64,000 nucleotides of DNA from Lophium mytilinum (Eukaryota). This document shows positions 1 through 12,712 of the stretch, in pieces. The stretch's first letter is position 1. The number at the start of each line of letters is the position of its first letter. The notes beneath the pieces are model-generated. The model was not told the DNA's origin. It did no database searches and saw nothing but the letters and a program-made list of their open reading frames with translations. The translations under genes and the position numbers were made by a program. Location: the NCBI GenBank assembly GCA_010093605.1, contig MU004184.1, forward strand, positions 940,801-1,004,800, written 5' to 3'.

Positions 1-597
1 GGATCTCAAGCGATGTACAGAAAGCCCAGAGACAGTATTTCACCCGAGTTTTCTGCTGCAGTTCATATCACTCATCGCTTTCTATTAGTTGCCGCCCTGT
101 CGATAACGTAGGTAGAGCGAAATGTGACGGAAACGCGGGGCCATGAATAAGATGGCACACTCTTAGTCTGCTTCTCGTCTTTGCATCGAATGGCAACAAA
201 ACTTCATGCAAAGCGAGCACACGAAGCATTCTGCCGCGTGTTCCACTGCTTGAACCGCTTCGACATGTTTCCCCTTAGCTTAAAGCACAGAGTTTCTATC
301 TCGTTTGTCTTTTAAAATTATATTGAAGCTATACGTAGCGGAAGGTAGGTACACAAGATAAAAAACTTGCTGAGTACCTACGTTTTCCATGCCCACCGCG
401 ACGGGTAAGGGTATACTTCGTACTACTATTTTCATCGTGCTACATTCAGTGAGGGTATGCAACGGACAATGGGATATGGTTTGAACAGAAGATGAAACAC
501 GCGGAATAGAATACGTGATAGTTGAGAAATAAGATTCGTCATAATATATATCCAACACCGAAAAACACCCTAACACTCCCACCACCAAAACCCCTCC

Positions 598-1778
598 TCA
601 AACTAGGTCACTCAACACACCTCCACCCCCCTCCCCCACCTCCTCCTCATCCTCCTCCCCCTCCGTCCTCTCCCCATCCCCAAACACGGGCCGAAACACC
701 CCATCATAACTCCTCCACACCCCATTAAACACCACCGCAAACATCCCCACCACCCACCGCGGACTCCGCCCCTTCTCATCCTTAAACCGCTCCTGCAACA
801 CAAACATAAACGCCAAAATCGGCATCCACACATTCAAAAACACCGCCCGCCCCACCTCCTGCCTCTTTCTCGTAATCGTATACGTCCGGATCCCCTGCAA
901 GTACTCCAAATACTCCCCCGGCAAGCCCCGCTCCACCGCCCCGTCCGTGATGAGCTTCAGGTAGCGCGCGGAGGGCTGCGCGTACGACGGGTCCGGGCGG
1001 AAGAGGCGGTCGCCGTCGTCGCGCTCGGCGGAGTCCGGGTCTGGGGCGGGCGCGAAGAGCGTGTGTGCGCGGAAGGGGGGTGTGGAGGGGGAGGTGGGGA
1101 CGCAGGGGGTTGAGGGGGCGAGTGGGTGGCAGGCGACGACGATGTCGTGGTAGCCGGCGCCGCCGCCTTCGGTGGCGATGATGTGGGCGTAGTCGGTTAG
1201 GGAGACCTCGTAGACGGTGCCGACGAGGGGTTTCTTCCAGTGGTCTTTGTGGTAGTCGCGGGTGGGAGAGAGGGAGGGGGTGCGGACGCGGCGGGCGGTG
1301 TTGGCGAAGCAAGGCTCGTTGTAGGGGATGCCGGGGAGGTCGAAGGTTAAGCGGAGGGAGGGCTGGGGGAGGGGGATTAGTATAGGTGGGTGAGATGAGG
1401 GAGGGCGAGCGGAGAGCGTACGACTAGGACGTTGAGTTGGGAGAGGGGTTTTATGCCGCGTCTTCCCAGAAAGGTTTCATCGCAAAGGTTGGAGCCGTAG
1501 GCTAGGTATAGAACTGTTGTTCTTTTTTCATTCTGTTCTGGTATATATTGGGATGTAAAGGTATCGAGGTTATATGGCTCCTCCGTCATGGAGCTGTCCA
1601 GGCGGTCTTGGGACGGAGCCGGGAGCTTCGGGGCGGGCGACACATGGTGAGGTTGTTTCCGGGAGTACTGATATTCGTTGTAGAGGTTTTGAAGCACTGC
1701 GTACTTCTGAGCCGACGTTGGATAGAATGCTCGTCGGTCGAGGTTGGAGGTGGTATGTGCTTCCAGGCGTGATGACAT
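598..1778 (-). CDS. GliK-like gamma-glutamyl cyclotransferase family protein (2 exons, intron ~1364-1420)
   Basis: YLAYGSNL..FLGRRGIKPLSQLNV; after the intron PSLRLTFDLPGIPYNEPCFANTA..HIIATEGGGAGY..YAQPSARYLKLITDGA, with a C-terminal hydrophobic segment. The start codon is uncertain (1778 or ~1589). Confidence 0.75.
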
Positions 1779-2409
1779 GGTTGTTCTTACGTGCTCAAGA
1801 CGTCCTACCCACAAGGTTTAAAGCTATTGGATGCTCTAGAAATAAGCTATATCTTGGTATTTAGACGTCTGATATTGTATAAGAACGACGGAAATTGATT
1901 TTGGTTGTAGAAGGGTTCAAGGAGTCTTTGAATGCGGAGAAATACACTACTACGAAGTACATCCTATCAAGACCCTGATTTCTCATCCACGGAGGTTCCC
2001 TCGTCCGACAGACTCCAGCACCACTGCGTACATCTCAGCATAGTACATGCTTCTTCGCGCTTGCAATGGTCAGAATTGAGTTGTGGAGATATTAAACAAA
2101 ACACTTATCATTTTAGAAGGCTCAAGCAATACCACATAGTGATACCTGAATAATAGTGCAATTGTGCCAGCATCATGAGGAGCCGATGAGACAAGTGCCT
2201 TCCAAGAAACTTGGACCTTACTAACTAGACTTTCCGAGAGATTGGCGCGGTAAGGTATAGCAACCCCCTCTCACACATTGTACGGGCGTAACATATGACA
2301 ACATAGCGCAAACAGGGATTGTTGGAAGTAAATACAATGGAAAAGATGATATATCTAGAGGGGTATCAAACTCATCAATCTTCGCCTAAGGACACCGAAC
2401 CTTCATCGA

Positions 2410-3588
2410 TCAGACCTCTCCCGTATCTGCCGTCTCAACAATTTCCCCCACCATCCTTAGAAACCTCTCTCGATACTCTCCCGCAGTCGTAGTAATAGAC
2501 ATCGGCCCATTCCCCTTCCCCCTCTGGAAGAAGTTCCAGCTGTTCACCAATCCCGTCAGCACCATTGGCTGGAGCGCATCCTTCGACCCTAGTTTCAATT
2601 AGCTGAGCCACCCCAATGAAGACAAGGCGGAAGGTATCCCAAACTCACAGAAGAAATCCAGCAATACAGCCCTATACACCCATTTCCCATCCTGACTAAC
2701 CACGCCATTCCGCCACGCCGAAACCCTCCCCGGCGGATGCGCCACCTCCTCTCCCTCCAGATACGGATACCGCACGAGAAACAAGCTGTAATCCACCGCA
2801 TTCGCCTCCTGCAAGATCTTTGTGTCCTGTGTCAACGTATACACCAGCGCCTCCTTCTCATCCACCCCGACCCGCACCTTGTCCGGAAACGTGTCAATCA
2901 GCCGCTCCTTCACGCTCTCCGGCGCCAGACGCCCGCCCGCGATGTCGCGCTCTGGGAAGAAGTAGTCGCTGGGCTTGAGGTCGTAGGTTTCCCAGTCCTG
3001 CTGGCGCTGCTCGGAGCAGGACGACTTGCCGTACAGGATGTTTTCCATGACGATGTGGTGGGAAGGGGTGGTGCCAAGGACGATGCCGAGGGCGGGGAGG
3101 GGCGCATGGAGCAGGTCTGTGATGCGCACGAGCAGGGAGGAGGGGAGCGTGGCGATGTGGGCGGCATAGGGGGCGAGGAGGCGGTCGCGGAAGAAGTTTT
3201 GTTCGAAGGCGCGGGGAAGGGATTTTAGGAGGTATTTGCTGTTGGCGGTTGTGAAGAAGGTCTGTGATAAAGGATTAGCCCGTGTCAGTAGGGTTAGGGA
3301 TGATGAACCTACGGAACCGCTGTAGCCCAGGTCCCCTACTGAAACTAGTCCTCCGCTCTTCTTCTCAGACCTGAAAGATTCGGTGTATTCATCTTCGTCG
3401 ATTTCCCATACTTCGTTTCGGAGCTTCTTGAACAGCTCTGGCTTGTAACGAGCGAGCGCGAGCTGGAATAGAGAGAAGAACGCGATTATCCTCGCAAGGA
3501 GTGTTGGGGGTTTGTTGGATGGATGTTCTGGCGCGCGGAAGATCGCATTCAGAATCGATCTGCTAATGGACTGCTGGCGGCGCCCCAT
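2410..3588 (-). CDS. Phosphatidylinositol-phosphate kinase (PIP5K/SAICAR synthase-like fold) family protein
   Basis: GDLGYSGS/TFFTTANSKYLLKS, SLLVRITD, VMENILY, YDLKP, NAVDYSLFL, LDFF and PMSITT..YRERFL motifs. Introns at ~3265-3312 and ~2595-2648. Confidence 0.8.
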
Positions 3589-4140
3589 AATGCTGCAGAT
3601 TGACGCAGGGAATTGAGGTGTGTTTTGGGCAGCTCTAGCAGAGCTGAGGAAAGTTGGGAAAGTTGTTTGGAGTTTCCCGAAACGGTACGTCATCGTCGAG
3701 TAGTCCGAGGTTCCGCCGCGCAGTTCTCATTGGCCATCGTAGGTACCTTCACATTTAGGTAACGTGATGACGCGACGCAGGTAAGCTCAATTCAACGCAA
3801 GATCACAGTCACCAGATGGAATACACAGTTTAAACGAATGCTCATCGCGTTCTATTCAATGAAGGACTCTTGTCTCTTCAACCGCTCCTATGCAATCGAA
3901 CAGCTCTACACCTTCATGAACTAGGCGGACCCGTACCAGCCTATATGGGATATCATATCCGCCCACGCTAATAATTACAAACCGAGCCTCAAAGAAAATG
4001 TAGATACAATGAAAGGTGGGTATAAACCAGGAACATGACCAAAAATCGCTAATGAACGTATGCACAGTAAAAGGACAAGGTCTAACCGGAAAATGTGATG
4101 CAGATGGTTCATGATAAATGGGAGATGCAAAACTTTCCGC

Positions 4141-6714
4141 TTATACGGCGTAGTTCTCAGCATGCAAGAAGAGCTCGTCTTTGTTGGGATCGCTCCAGAT
4201 CTCTTTCTGAAGTTCGGCGATGGTGTTTGAGACGTCGATACGCATGGTTGGGGGCCCGCAGACGAAAACGCAGGTTCGACGCCCGAAGTCTTTGCTGAGT
4301 TGCTTGAGGGTGTATGGGATGTCGGGGCGTCCATACTCGGTGCTCCATCCGTCCTTCTTCTTGACGGCGGCGGGTAGGAAGGCGAAGCGCATCAGGTTCT
4401 TCTGGAACTCGGTTGGCGTGCTCGGGAAGCCGAAGTCGAAGCCAGCTGGGTTGACAGGCGACACTTGGTTTCCGGTATTGAGTGCGACGGTGTCGAGACC
4501 GCCTGGGATAGTGGCTTCGAGAGCGCTGGGCACGTCGACGCTGAGGTTGCGGTTGCGGCGGCGGGCGTGAAGGGGGAGGGTCGGTGCAGGTGCGGCAATG
4601 GCAATGGCCTTAGAGTTGGTAGAGGGTTGGTTGGTGGAGTCAAGGTTGGTTTTGGAGCCGGCGACACGCACGTGAGCTTGCGGGAGGGCGGTGATGGCGT
4701 CCTCGTTCTCAGCGCGGAGTTCCTTTTCGCGGTCTTCGTCGCCAGCGGCTTCATCTCTTATGAGAGCGGAGTGGCGTTTCGTGGAGAAGCGGGAGTCGCG
4801 CTTATTCGCGATGTCTTGGAAGGCATCGTTGACTTTGTCGTGGAAGTAGAGACTGACCGGGCGGGTAGGGGTGCGGGCTGAAACGAGCTGACCCGTTTGG
4901 GTCATCCGTTTCGCGGCGGTGATGTAAAACTCGCAGCGGACGGTGTCTGGAGGAGCGTACTCGCGGCAGATGCGGAGTTCTTCTTTGAACCATTCCATGG
5001 TCTCGGGGCGCTTCAGTGCCCAGATGACGTGAATGTGCTTTGTGACTGCCTTCCCGTCACGCATGCGCTTGATGAGGTCGAGGAGTTGAGAGACAATTGC
5101 GGTGATCCCGCTACCGCCGGCAATGAGGACAACGTGATCGAAGGCTTCGATGCGGCGTTGCATGCCTCCATAGGGACCATCGAGAAAAGCCCTGTATGTG
5201 TGCCAAGGACCGTGTTCGATAGCTTTGCGGAGGACCTTCTTGGTGAACCCTCCGAAGGGGCGGAAAACGAGGACCATGTCACGGTAACCTTCGCCATATT
5301 CCGAGGGGAAGTCTTCGCTGCAAAGAGAAGCGATGGTGAAGGGGTGGTTTTCGAAGACCGAAATCCCCGGCATTCTCAGATACACGTATTGACCTGGCCT
5401 CCACCGCATCTGGGTAGGAACGGTAATCTTGATGGCGTTCTCGGGCATGATCGTAACGGCAGCCTCGTCGCCGACTAGCCAAGCCAACTTGAACGGGTTG
5501 GTCCAGTTGAGAAAGAACAAGCGAATGAGATAAGATGTCAACCAGATTGTAAGCGTTGCCCAGAGATAACTCCAGGAAGTAAGGTAATTGTTGCAATGCC
5601 AGAAAAGCATTCCCAAGAACACGAATGAGACCGGGACGTGAAGAGTCACAAAGAGTTCATACATCCTGTTCCGCAGCTGTGGGAGAGAGTGAACGCAGAG
5701 GAAGATCAAAGGGACCAGCGAGGCGACACCTGATGGACATTAGCCTTTTATTCTCATGCAGTGTTTAGGAGAAAACTTACCAGTTCCATAGACGTAGAAA
5801 TTCCCATTTCCCTTGAACAGCGATTTGTAGAACTGCAGACCACCTTGATCCCATACAGGGGTGATGTAAAATGGAATTGTGTGGATGAGACTGAGGAAGA
5901 GGCACAGATAGCCTCCCCATCGATGCAGCACATTCAGACGCTCATGCCCAATGCCAGTAATCAAGGAGATGATGTTGGCCTTCATGGAGAGCCCGACGAT
6001 CCAAGGCATCATAGCAACCGCGAGCATCCCCGCGCGAATGGCCAAAGGAGGGCTCCCAAAGGCAATGCTATCCCAGTACAGAGGCTGAGGGACGAAACAG
6101 TACAGCGTGACGAACACCAACGCCGCAAAAACAATGATGGTGACCGCCAACGATGGGAACACGATAGGCGCCCAACCTTTTCGTAGCCTGATCTGAGGAA
6201 CTGGCCGATAGAAGATGTATCTGAAAAATGCAATGGTGTAGTTTACTGGTCGTAACGAGGACACAGATGATTGCTCCTTATTTGGCTTTGGCTGCTGCGG
6301 GAGGATCCCCGAGCTTGGGAAGAACGATTTCGTGGATTTGGCGGTGTATAAGTTTGCCAGCTCGTAATCCGTTGGTGAGCTGTTCTCTGAGACTTGTTTC
6401 AACTGCTCCTGGTGTAGAACAGTCCGTATTTTGTCCGTAAAAAGGTGATAGTAGCGGAGGAGCGCCGACGCAACCAGTAATATCAAGCAGAAGTACACCA
6501 TTCCCAAGGCATATTTCCCCGATTTGTTCCATGGATCCCGCGTGTTCGCTTCTATCAAGCCGGCCGGACTTGAGCTGTTGTAGGGGATGTTTATGCGTTT
6601 CGCCAGTGTTGAAACAATCTCGGAAACCTCCCGCTCGGCGATCGACACGGCAGACTCGAAGCGGTGGAAAGCCTCGCCCGCCCGCCGTGCTACAATCCCT
6701 TCAATGGCTGGCAT
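4141..6714 (-). CDS. Ferric/cupric reductase (FRE family transmembrane metalloreductase)
   Basis: Heme-histidine motifs LNVLHRW..LIHTIPF and LHVPVS..FWHC; FAD motif HPFTIAS; NADPH motifs DGPYGG and LIAGGSGIT; FVCGP; C-terminal LHAENY. One intron ~5731-5780. Confidence 0.92.
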
Positions 6715-9616
6715 GGTGTCGAAGTGTGTGGTTTTCAACTCGGGAGCTCTTATCTAGCTCTTTCTACCCGTCGTAAACTTCTGCCGGCAGAAGCTGATGG
6801 AGTTCGTCTCGTCCTCAATCCAACGCGAATTCGACCGGTATAAAAAACCCTCGGGTCCTCTACATGCGAGCAGAGTCTGTTATAAAAAGTTGCATCAGAC
6901 GTTGCGGTGTGGGAATGCGCTCGGACGATGATTGGGGCGCCGGTATGAAGCACCAAAAGCTCGCAACACGTAGGACAGCAGCGTGGTCTCCAGTACAATC
7001 GGGGCTCCAGCAGATCGGAATGGTGGACAATTAGCGAGCGGGGAGAGAGCACGAAGATGACACAAAAGACGAGAGAAAGAACAGCAGCTCAGAAAGACGG
7101 AAGCACAGCAGCGAAATGGCGATAACGGCAGGTACGGGAGCTTTAGGCCTTATGTTCCTGCGGGGACGCTCGCATGCAGACATGGATGGGCCGTCTCGCA
7201 GCCAGTCGATGGCCATGGGCAGCCGCTGGAACCACACCCACTATTGGGCCAAGATATGTGATGGGACCCTCATCACAGCCCGCCCAGCCTATCCGCCCGG
7301 ACACCTCGCCCACTGCCCTTCGCTTGCCCCCAGCGAAAGGAGTAATCCTTCGACTCAACGAGGACCTCTTTCCTCACGCTCCTCCAACGGGATCGAGACG
7401 GCTCGCCCATATGGCGCTATCGAGGAACGGACCGACGACAGGGAGCCCAGGGGCCACGGCCTGCCCTGGCCAAGCTCCCCCTCATCGCCGCCGCTCGCGG
7501 GAGGCGTTCGTCGTCTTGCATGCGGCACAGCAGCGGAACGGCAACATCACCGTGGGCCTCTCTTCCGCATCGCGATCATCGCATCCGAGGGTTGCACGGC
7601 GTCGAAGTTCGCAGGCCTCCATTCTGCGGCAGGCTGCCCCTTGCTGGAAGTGCCCCCCATCGTGACCCTCCCGCATACGAAGAGCCCTCGAATCGCGTCG
7701 TGGGCCGGTAAGACACGCGCTCGCAGCCGGCTCAATCGAATGCGCCCGCGTTCGCATAGTGGGAAGTGCCGGTCGAATAAGGGCACGATGTGCAGAGGGG
7801 AGATGCGTGGCGGACAGCATTTTCACCGCATGAGCAAAAGCACTTGCTGGGGGCGTGAAGTGGGAACGCACCAATGACCGGCTTGAAGAGATGCTGGAGC
7901 AAGATGCGCTTGCACGCGTTGGGATGGCCGGCGCTTAGGGAAAGTCAAGCTTTTCGGGCGCGGGCCAGAGCTCCACTGTCCGTTTCTGTGCGCTCGACCA
8001 CCGCCAACGGCCTGGCACCGCTTCGGGGAAACCACAGAGTCGTATGCGCATGAATTCACACTGTCTTGCCCGCTGTGATATCGCGACTTCAAACCGTGAA
8101 AGTGCTCCTATCACCATCATCAGCCGCCGTGGCCGTATTCGAGACCATCTTGCCCCCGTTATCACATCCTTTCCGCTCCCCATCCATCCAACATTTGATT
8201 ACCTGCACCTCCAAGCGCCGTGGCCCTCTCTCTGACCCCCCAGGCCCAGCCCAGCCCAGCATGAAGCTCTAGCCAGCCCGCATACCCGCCAGCCCTACGA
8301 CTCTCAGCCACGCGCGTCAAACCCCATCTTTTCCCATGGCCGCACGCGCCCGACCACGCAGTGGAGCACGCCGCAGGGTGGGTGGGCGAGGGTGAGTGGG
8401 TCACCATGTCTCGATCCCCAAGATCAAGTGTTGGCCCTTACCCCCTTCGAGCAGCGATCGAAGCGATATGCTTCCACAACTCTGACGATCCGACGTCTTC
8501 GCTGCACCAGCCCAGCGCTTAAGTGCCTACAAACTGCCGGGAGTCGTGTTGTACCTGGTAGGGCTTCACCACGCCCGCGGAAGCGGCTGGCCCTCCCTTA
8601 CCTCACAGAGCCGCTGGCAGACCCGATCCGGCGGCGCTGGAGATTGTTGGATGAGTCCCGCTGGGCTGGGTTGGGGCGTGTAGGCGCTGGATGGCTGGAT
8701 GGGGGATGGGGATGAGATGCTAGGTGGGTAGTGGAGATACGTTCGGCTTTTGGGGACGGGAGGGTTGTGAGGCTACTCGGGGAGTTGGCTTCGCTATGTA
8801 GAGCTGGGGGTTTAGATGAGTTGAAATGCGAGATGGGTTACAGATTAGGAGCCATGGCATGCACCGCTGTTCTTCGCATGTGCATGCAATATGCGTAGGG
8901 ACGGGCTATTGGTAGGGCGATGGTAGGCAAGGCGCATGGTCTTGCCAAAGGCGGGTTACGTAGGGAATGAACTAGCTAAGATAAGATTTTAGAGGCACGA
9001 AACTTAGTGTAAACGCATTACCATGAAAGTGGGCTAATGTTTATGCTCCGCTCATGCAAATGCCATACGCATCGCGGTCGTCTATAAAAGTTTACCGAAA
9101 AGCCTGTCCAAGTAGCCGCACCGATATATCCAGACGTGATGCTTAAGCGTCCAACTATCTCAGGACAATCGGGATTCCATCGTCTTCGTGAACGCTAAAT
9201 AAGATATGCATTGGAAGCAGATAGGAAATTGAAGAGAACAGTGCAGTAAAAGAAAATGGATATCCTCGCAGCGAACGAATGCATGCCGCTTATCCTTGCT
9301 GCAGTGAACGAAGATAGAAAGTGGAAAAGAAGAAGGGTGGTGCACGCAGAGTGACATCTTCACGGCGCAACCCGTTTGCAGACATCACAAATGCCTACAG
9401 GAAGCCCTCTGGATGACTTTGGGCATGAAAGATGGAGCTGAAAATTGCCGGGCAAAGAAAGTAGAAGTAGCAAAAATAAAGGCAAACGAACGTTGCCAAT
9501 AGCGTCAGGCTGCTAATAGATACTAGACAGACGTCAAAATGCAATCGATTGCATACAGCGACTTCGACGTGTGGTGTGCTTTGCGAGTATGCTCTGCAAG
9601 TACGTGGAGGGTCGCT

Positions 9617-12423
9617 TCAATCTTTGGTTAAGTCCACGTGTTCGGTGGCCTTGAGGAGGTAGGAAGATGCCCCGTGGCGTGACGTAGACTTAGAAAGGGT
9701 TGAAGGCTCTTTTGCGGATCCGATATGAGGTCTGCCCACAGGGTCACGGATTGACGACGAACCCATATATCCGTTCGTGCTCGGGGCCAGAGGCAAAGCC
9801 GGTCGATTCGTCGCAGTAGCCCACGGGGAGAAGGGGGCGCGACTAGGAATTCTGGACGGAGTGCGTGTCATCAGTGAGCTTTGGAAACTACGCTGATCCG
9901 ACAATGGGGAAGAGCTCGCAGAGCTGCTTGATTGGGACTTTCGAGGGGCCGGCGGAGAGTCGTCGGTTAAATCAATGAGTCCAAGGCCCTTGAGAGGGCT
10001 GATGGAGGAGCTACTTCCGTATCCGCTTGTTTGAGAGCTTGAAGGCGTTGGGGGGTCGCTTCGTGAACATTGAGTTGGGGAGTGGCCTGGTCTGCTCTGG
10101 GAACGGAAAGTCCGTCGAGATCCGAACGTGCGATTCGGAAGTCGACATTTGAGGCGCGGAGTGATCGATCCTCCAAACAACCGTCGTTCAGATTTCACCC
10201 GACTGCTAGGCGATGAAGGGAAGGAAGGGGGGTTCACTTCCTCGTCTGAGGAGTCGATGCTGATCGGGTCCTGTCGGTTCTTCGTCTTTGAATGCAGGAA
10301 AAGACGAAGTTCCTGAATGTCGGATTCTTCAACGTCGAACGGTAACAGCGTGTCTTCTCCGCCAATCTTGCCCCCATCGAATGCTTCCAGAGTATGCCTA
10401 ACCTGTTCAAAGACCGCCTTAGCCATAGTAGGCGGCCAAGCATTGCCAACCACGCGTAAGGCTTCCGTCAGGCTTCCAGTGAGGTGAAACCCAATTCGAA
10501 AGTCTTGCAGGTACGCAAACTCCCGGACTGTGAAGTTTCTCCTTCCGTCATAATGCCAGTTGTCTCCTCCGTTGCATGTTATTGTCGGGAGTATCTTGGT
10601 TTTCGGGTCGTAAGGCTCTTTATAAAGCCTAGCTTTAGCTTCCGGGTTGTGATAATAATCATCTCTAGCGGGGTCCAAGCGAAGGGGCTCCAAAGCGTCC
10701 CAAATAGACTTGAAGCGCTTGAGCCCAGACCCAGGCACTCCATGGGTAGGCTTTGGGAATGGCGGCAGCGGAGTCCCGCGACTAAGCACAATTCATTAGT
10801 GTCTATGTTGCAAATTTGGTGTTGAAATTTGACTTACCGCGCCATGATTATGATAAGTCGCTTCCGCCTCTGGGCGACACCGAAGTCTGCTGTATTCATA
10901 ACCTTCCACTTGAAGTCGTAGCCAGCTTCTCTGATGAGACAGAACATTGATTTCATGATGTCTTTGTGTATCGCGATGAGCCCGTCCGACTCTTCAATGG
11001 TCGCAACTCGAGGTTTGATCTGCCGAAGTAGATGACCCACAAGAAACAGAATATCGTAGTTCGCCTGGTCATCCTTGCCGGTACGTGTGTGTGGTCTAGC
11101 GACGAACGGGCACGGAAAAGAGAGGTGACACAAGTCCGCGCGAGGGTTCTGGGGATCAAAGCCGTTCGGTGGGAATAACTGTGCTGCCATTTTGAGACAC
11201 TGGACGCCTGGATGATTGAGTTGGTAAGTCTCGCAAGCATTCTTGTTGAAATCGAGCGCCAGTTGAACTCTGAAACCAGCCATTTCAGCTCCGTCCGAAG
11301 TAGCCCCACCCCCTGAAAAGATATCAAAGAATCGATACTTAGAGGATTTCCGGCCAAAGGCAGCCCGGCTCCTCTTTGGACCAGAGCTGATCAGTTCTAT
11401 CGAAGGTTGCCGCTTGACAACAATATTCTTAGCCTTCAGTGAGGTGAAGACCGTCTTGAGTTCCCTCGGATTGTCGTTGTCGTCAACGGAAATGGGCTGA
11501 TTTTGATTCCCCTCATTTCCCATGCTCGGAAAACCACTCTCGGTTCCATGGTCTGCCTCTTTATGGTATAACCTCCTGATCTCTCCGGAGTACGACTTGC
11601 TTTGTCTACGCCGATGAGTGGCATTATCCCAATAGATGCTCTCAACATATCGGCAAATCAATCTACCACGGTGGAAGATCTTCATTAGATTATCGTCTTT
11701 GTCTTCAGTGAGATTGATGTTTGCTAGGGAGCTGTGGTCCTGAGTGAAGGATAGATTTGGGTAGTCGGTGTTTGTCATGATCATGTTCCTCTTTCTAACA
11801 ATTCGGTCAATTGGAATATCTTCCATGGCCTGAACGAAAGCCGGCCGATCATCGTCCTCGTCAATATTGAGCACCATCACTAGCTCATTCATCTTCTTTG
11901 GGTAGACGTTCGCGCTGTGGAACACATGTTCCTGGACTTCGCGGTCGCGTTTGGGGCTAGCCATATATTTTGTCCTTCGAAAGATGTGGCCTCGGAAGAA
12001 GATCTTGTCATCGGTTCGACAGTCTTGGAAGATGGCACTTATTCTTAGGAAACTCCCGCTGTGACGACCAGGTGGCAATTCTTTCTCGGGTAGCAGTTCA
12101 ACTGTATCGCCCGGCTGGACATTAACGCCCCCGGGTATCCTGGCGTATTGTAGTTGGGCAAAGGGAGGGGCAATCGGCAGGTTCCGCTCTGGCACCTTTG
12201 GCCTTGGCGTACTCGGAGACTCTTGGGGTTCGTCCTTGATGATCGCTTGCCTGAATTGCTCCAGCAAGCGCTGTTGGGCTGCCGGGTCTTTCTCCTCATC
12301 CTCAAGAGAATCCCAAAAATCTGACGCTTGATACCCGGGCTCTTCATCGTCCGATATATATATGTTCTCCTCTTCATCGTCCAACAGGTCGATGATCTCA
12401 AGCGCTGGTGCCATTTTCGACAT
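9617..12423 (-). CDS. rid: C5 DNA methyltransferase of the RID/Masc1/DmtA family (2 coding exons, intron 10782-10837)
   Basis: Motif I FFDIFSGGGA, IV HLSFPC, VI ATIEES (RID-type EQT/EET-like, not ENV), VIII FGVAQRRKRL, IX RNFTVREFAYLQDF, X VGNAWPP. N-terminal GDTVEL..FLRI..RGHIFRR region; long Ser/Pro-rich C-terminal tail. Confidence 0.82.
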
Positions 12424-12469
12424 TATCGTGGGTTCAGGATAACTGTCAATCTGACAATCTTGGGAGATT

Positions 12470-12712
12470 CTAGTGGGTATGGTTGGCGTTGGAAGAAACC
12501 GTCTTCGTCTAAGAGGAGTGAGCCGAGGTAGCGAGTAGATGTGGCGCTGGTAAAAACGTAGAAGTGGACAGGCTGCGGGCTCACTTACGCAGAACTCGGA
12601 CGACAGAGCTGAGCAGACCGTCTCGGCCTCAGAAAGCCGGCCCCGTGTCTATAGGGTTTGTACGTCGTCTTGATGGAGGTCAGAGGTGACGAGATCTTAC
12701 GCTGTTAATCAT
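12470..12712 (-). other. Putative spliced upstream ORF (36 aa) in the rid-like 5' leader
   Basis: ATG at 12712; GT-AG introns 12649-12700 and 12509-12588 with CTGAC/GCTCAC branch sites; TAG at 12472-12470, 47 nt before the main ATG. Confidence 0.4.

Noticed and set aside
598..1778. Gliotoxin/ETP biosynthetic cluster
   Set aside because: Only a GliK-like gene is present; no NRPS or other gli genes within the window.
7116..8715. GC-rich ORFs (e.g. 253 aa at 7116-7877) and a loose cccagc/gctggg inverted similarity at ~8245/8660
   Set aside because: No domain signatures; likely the ferric reductase promoter region. The inverted similarity is low-complexity and lacks defined ends or a TSD.
12470..12472. 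A-to-I-editable premature TAG extending the RID N-terminus
   Set aside because: Readthrough of this TAG meets an in-frame TGA within a few codons and is out of frame with the main ORF.
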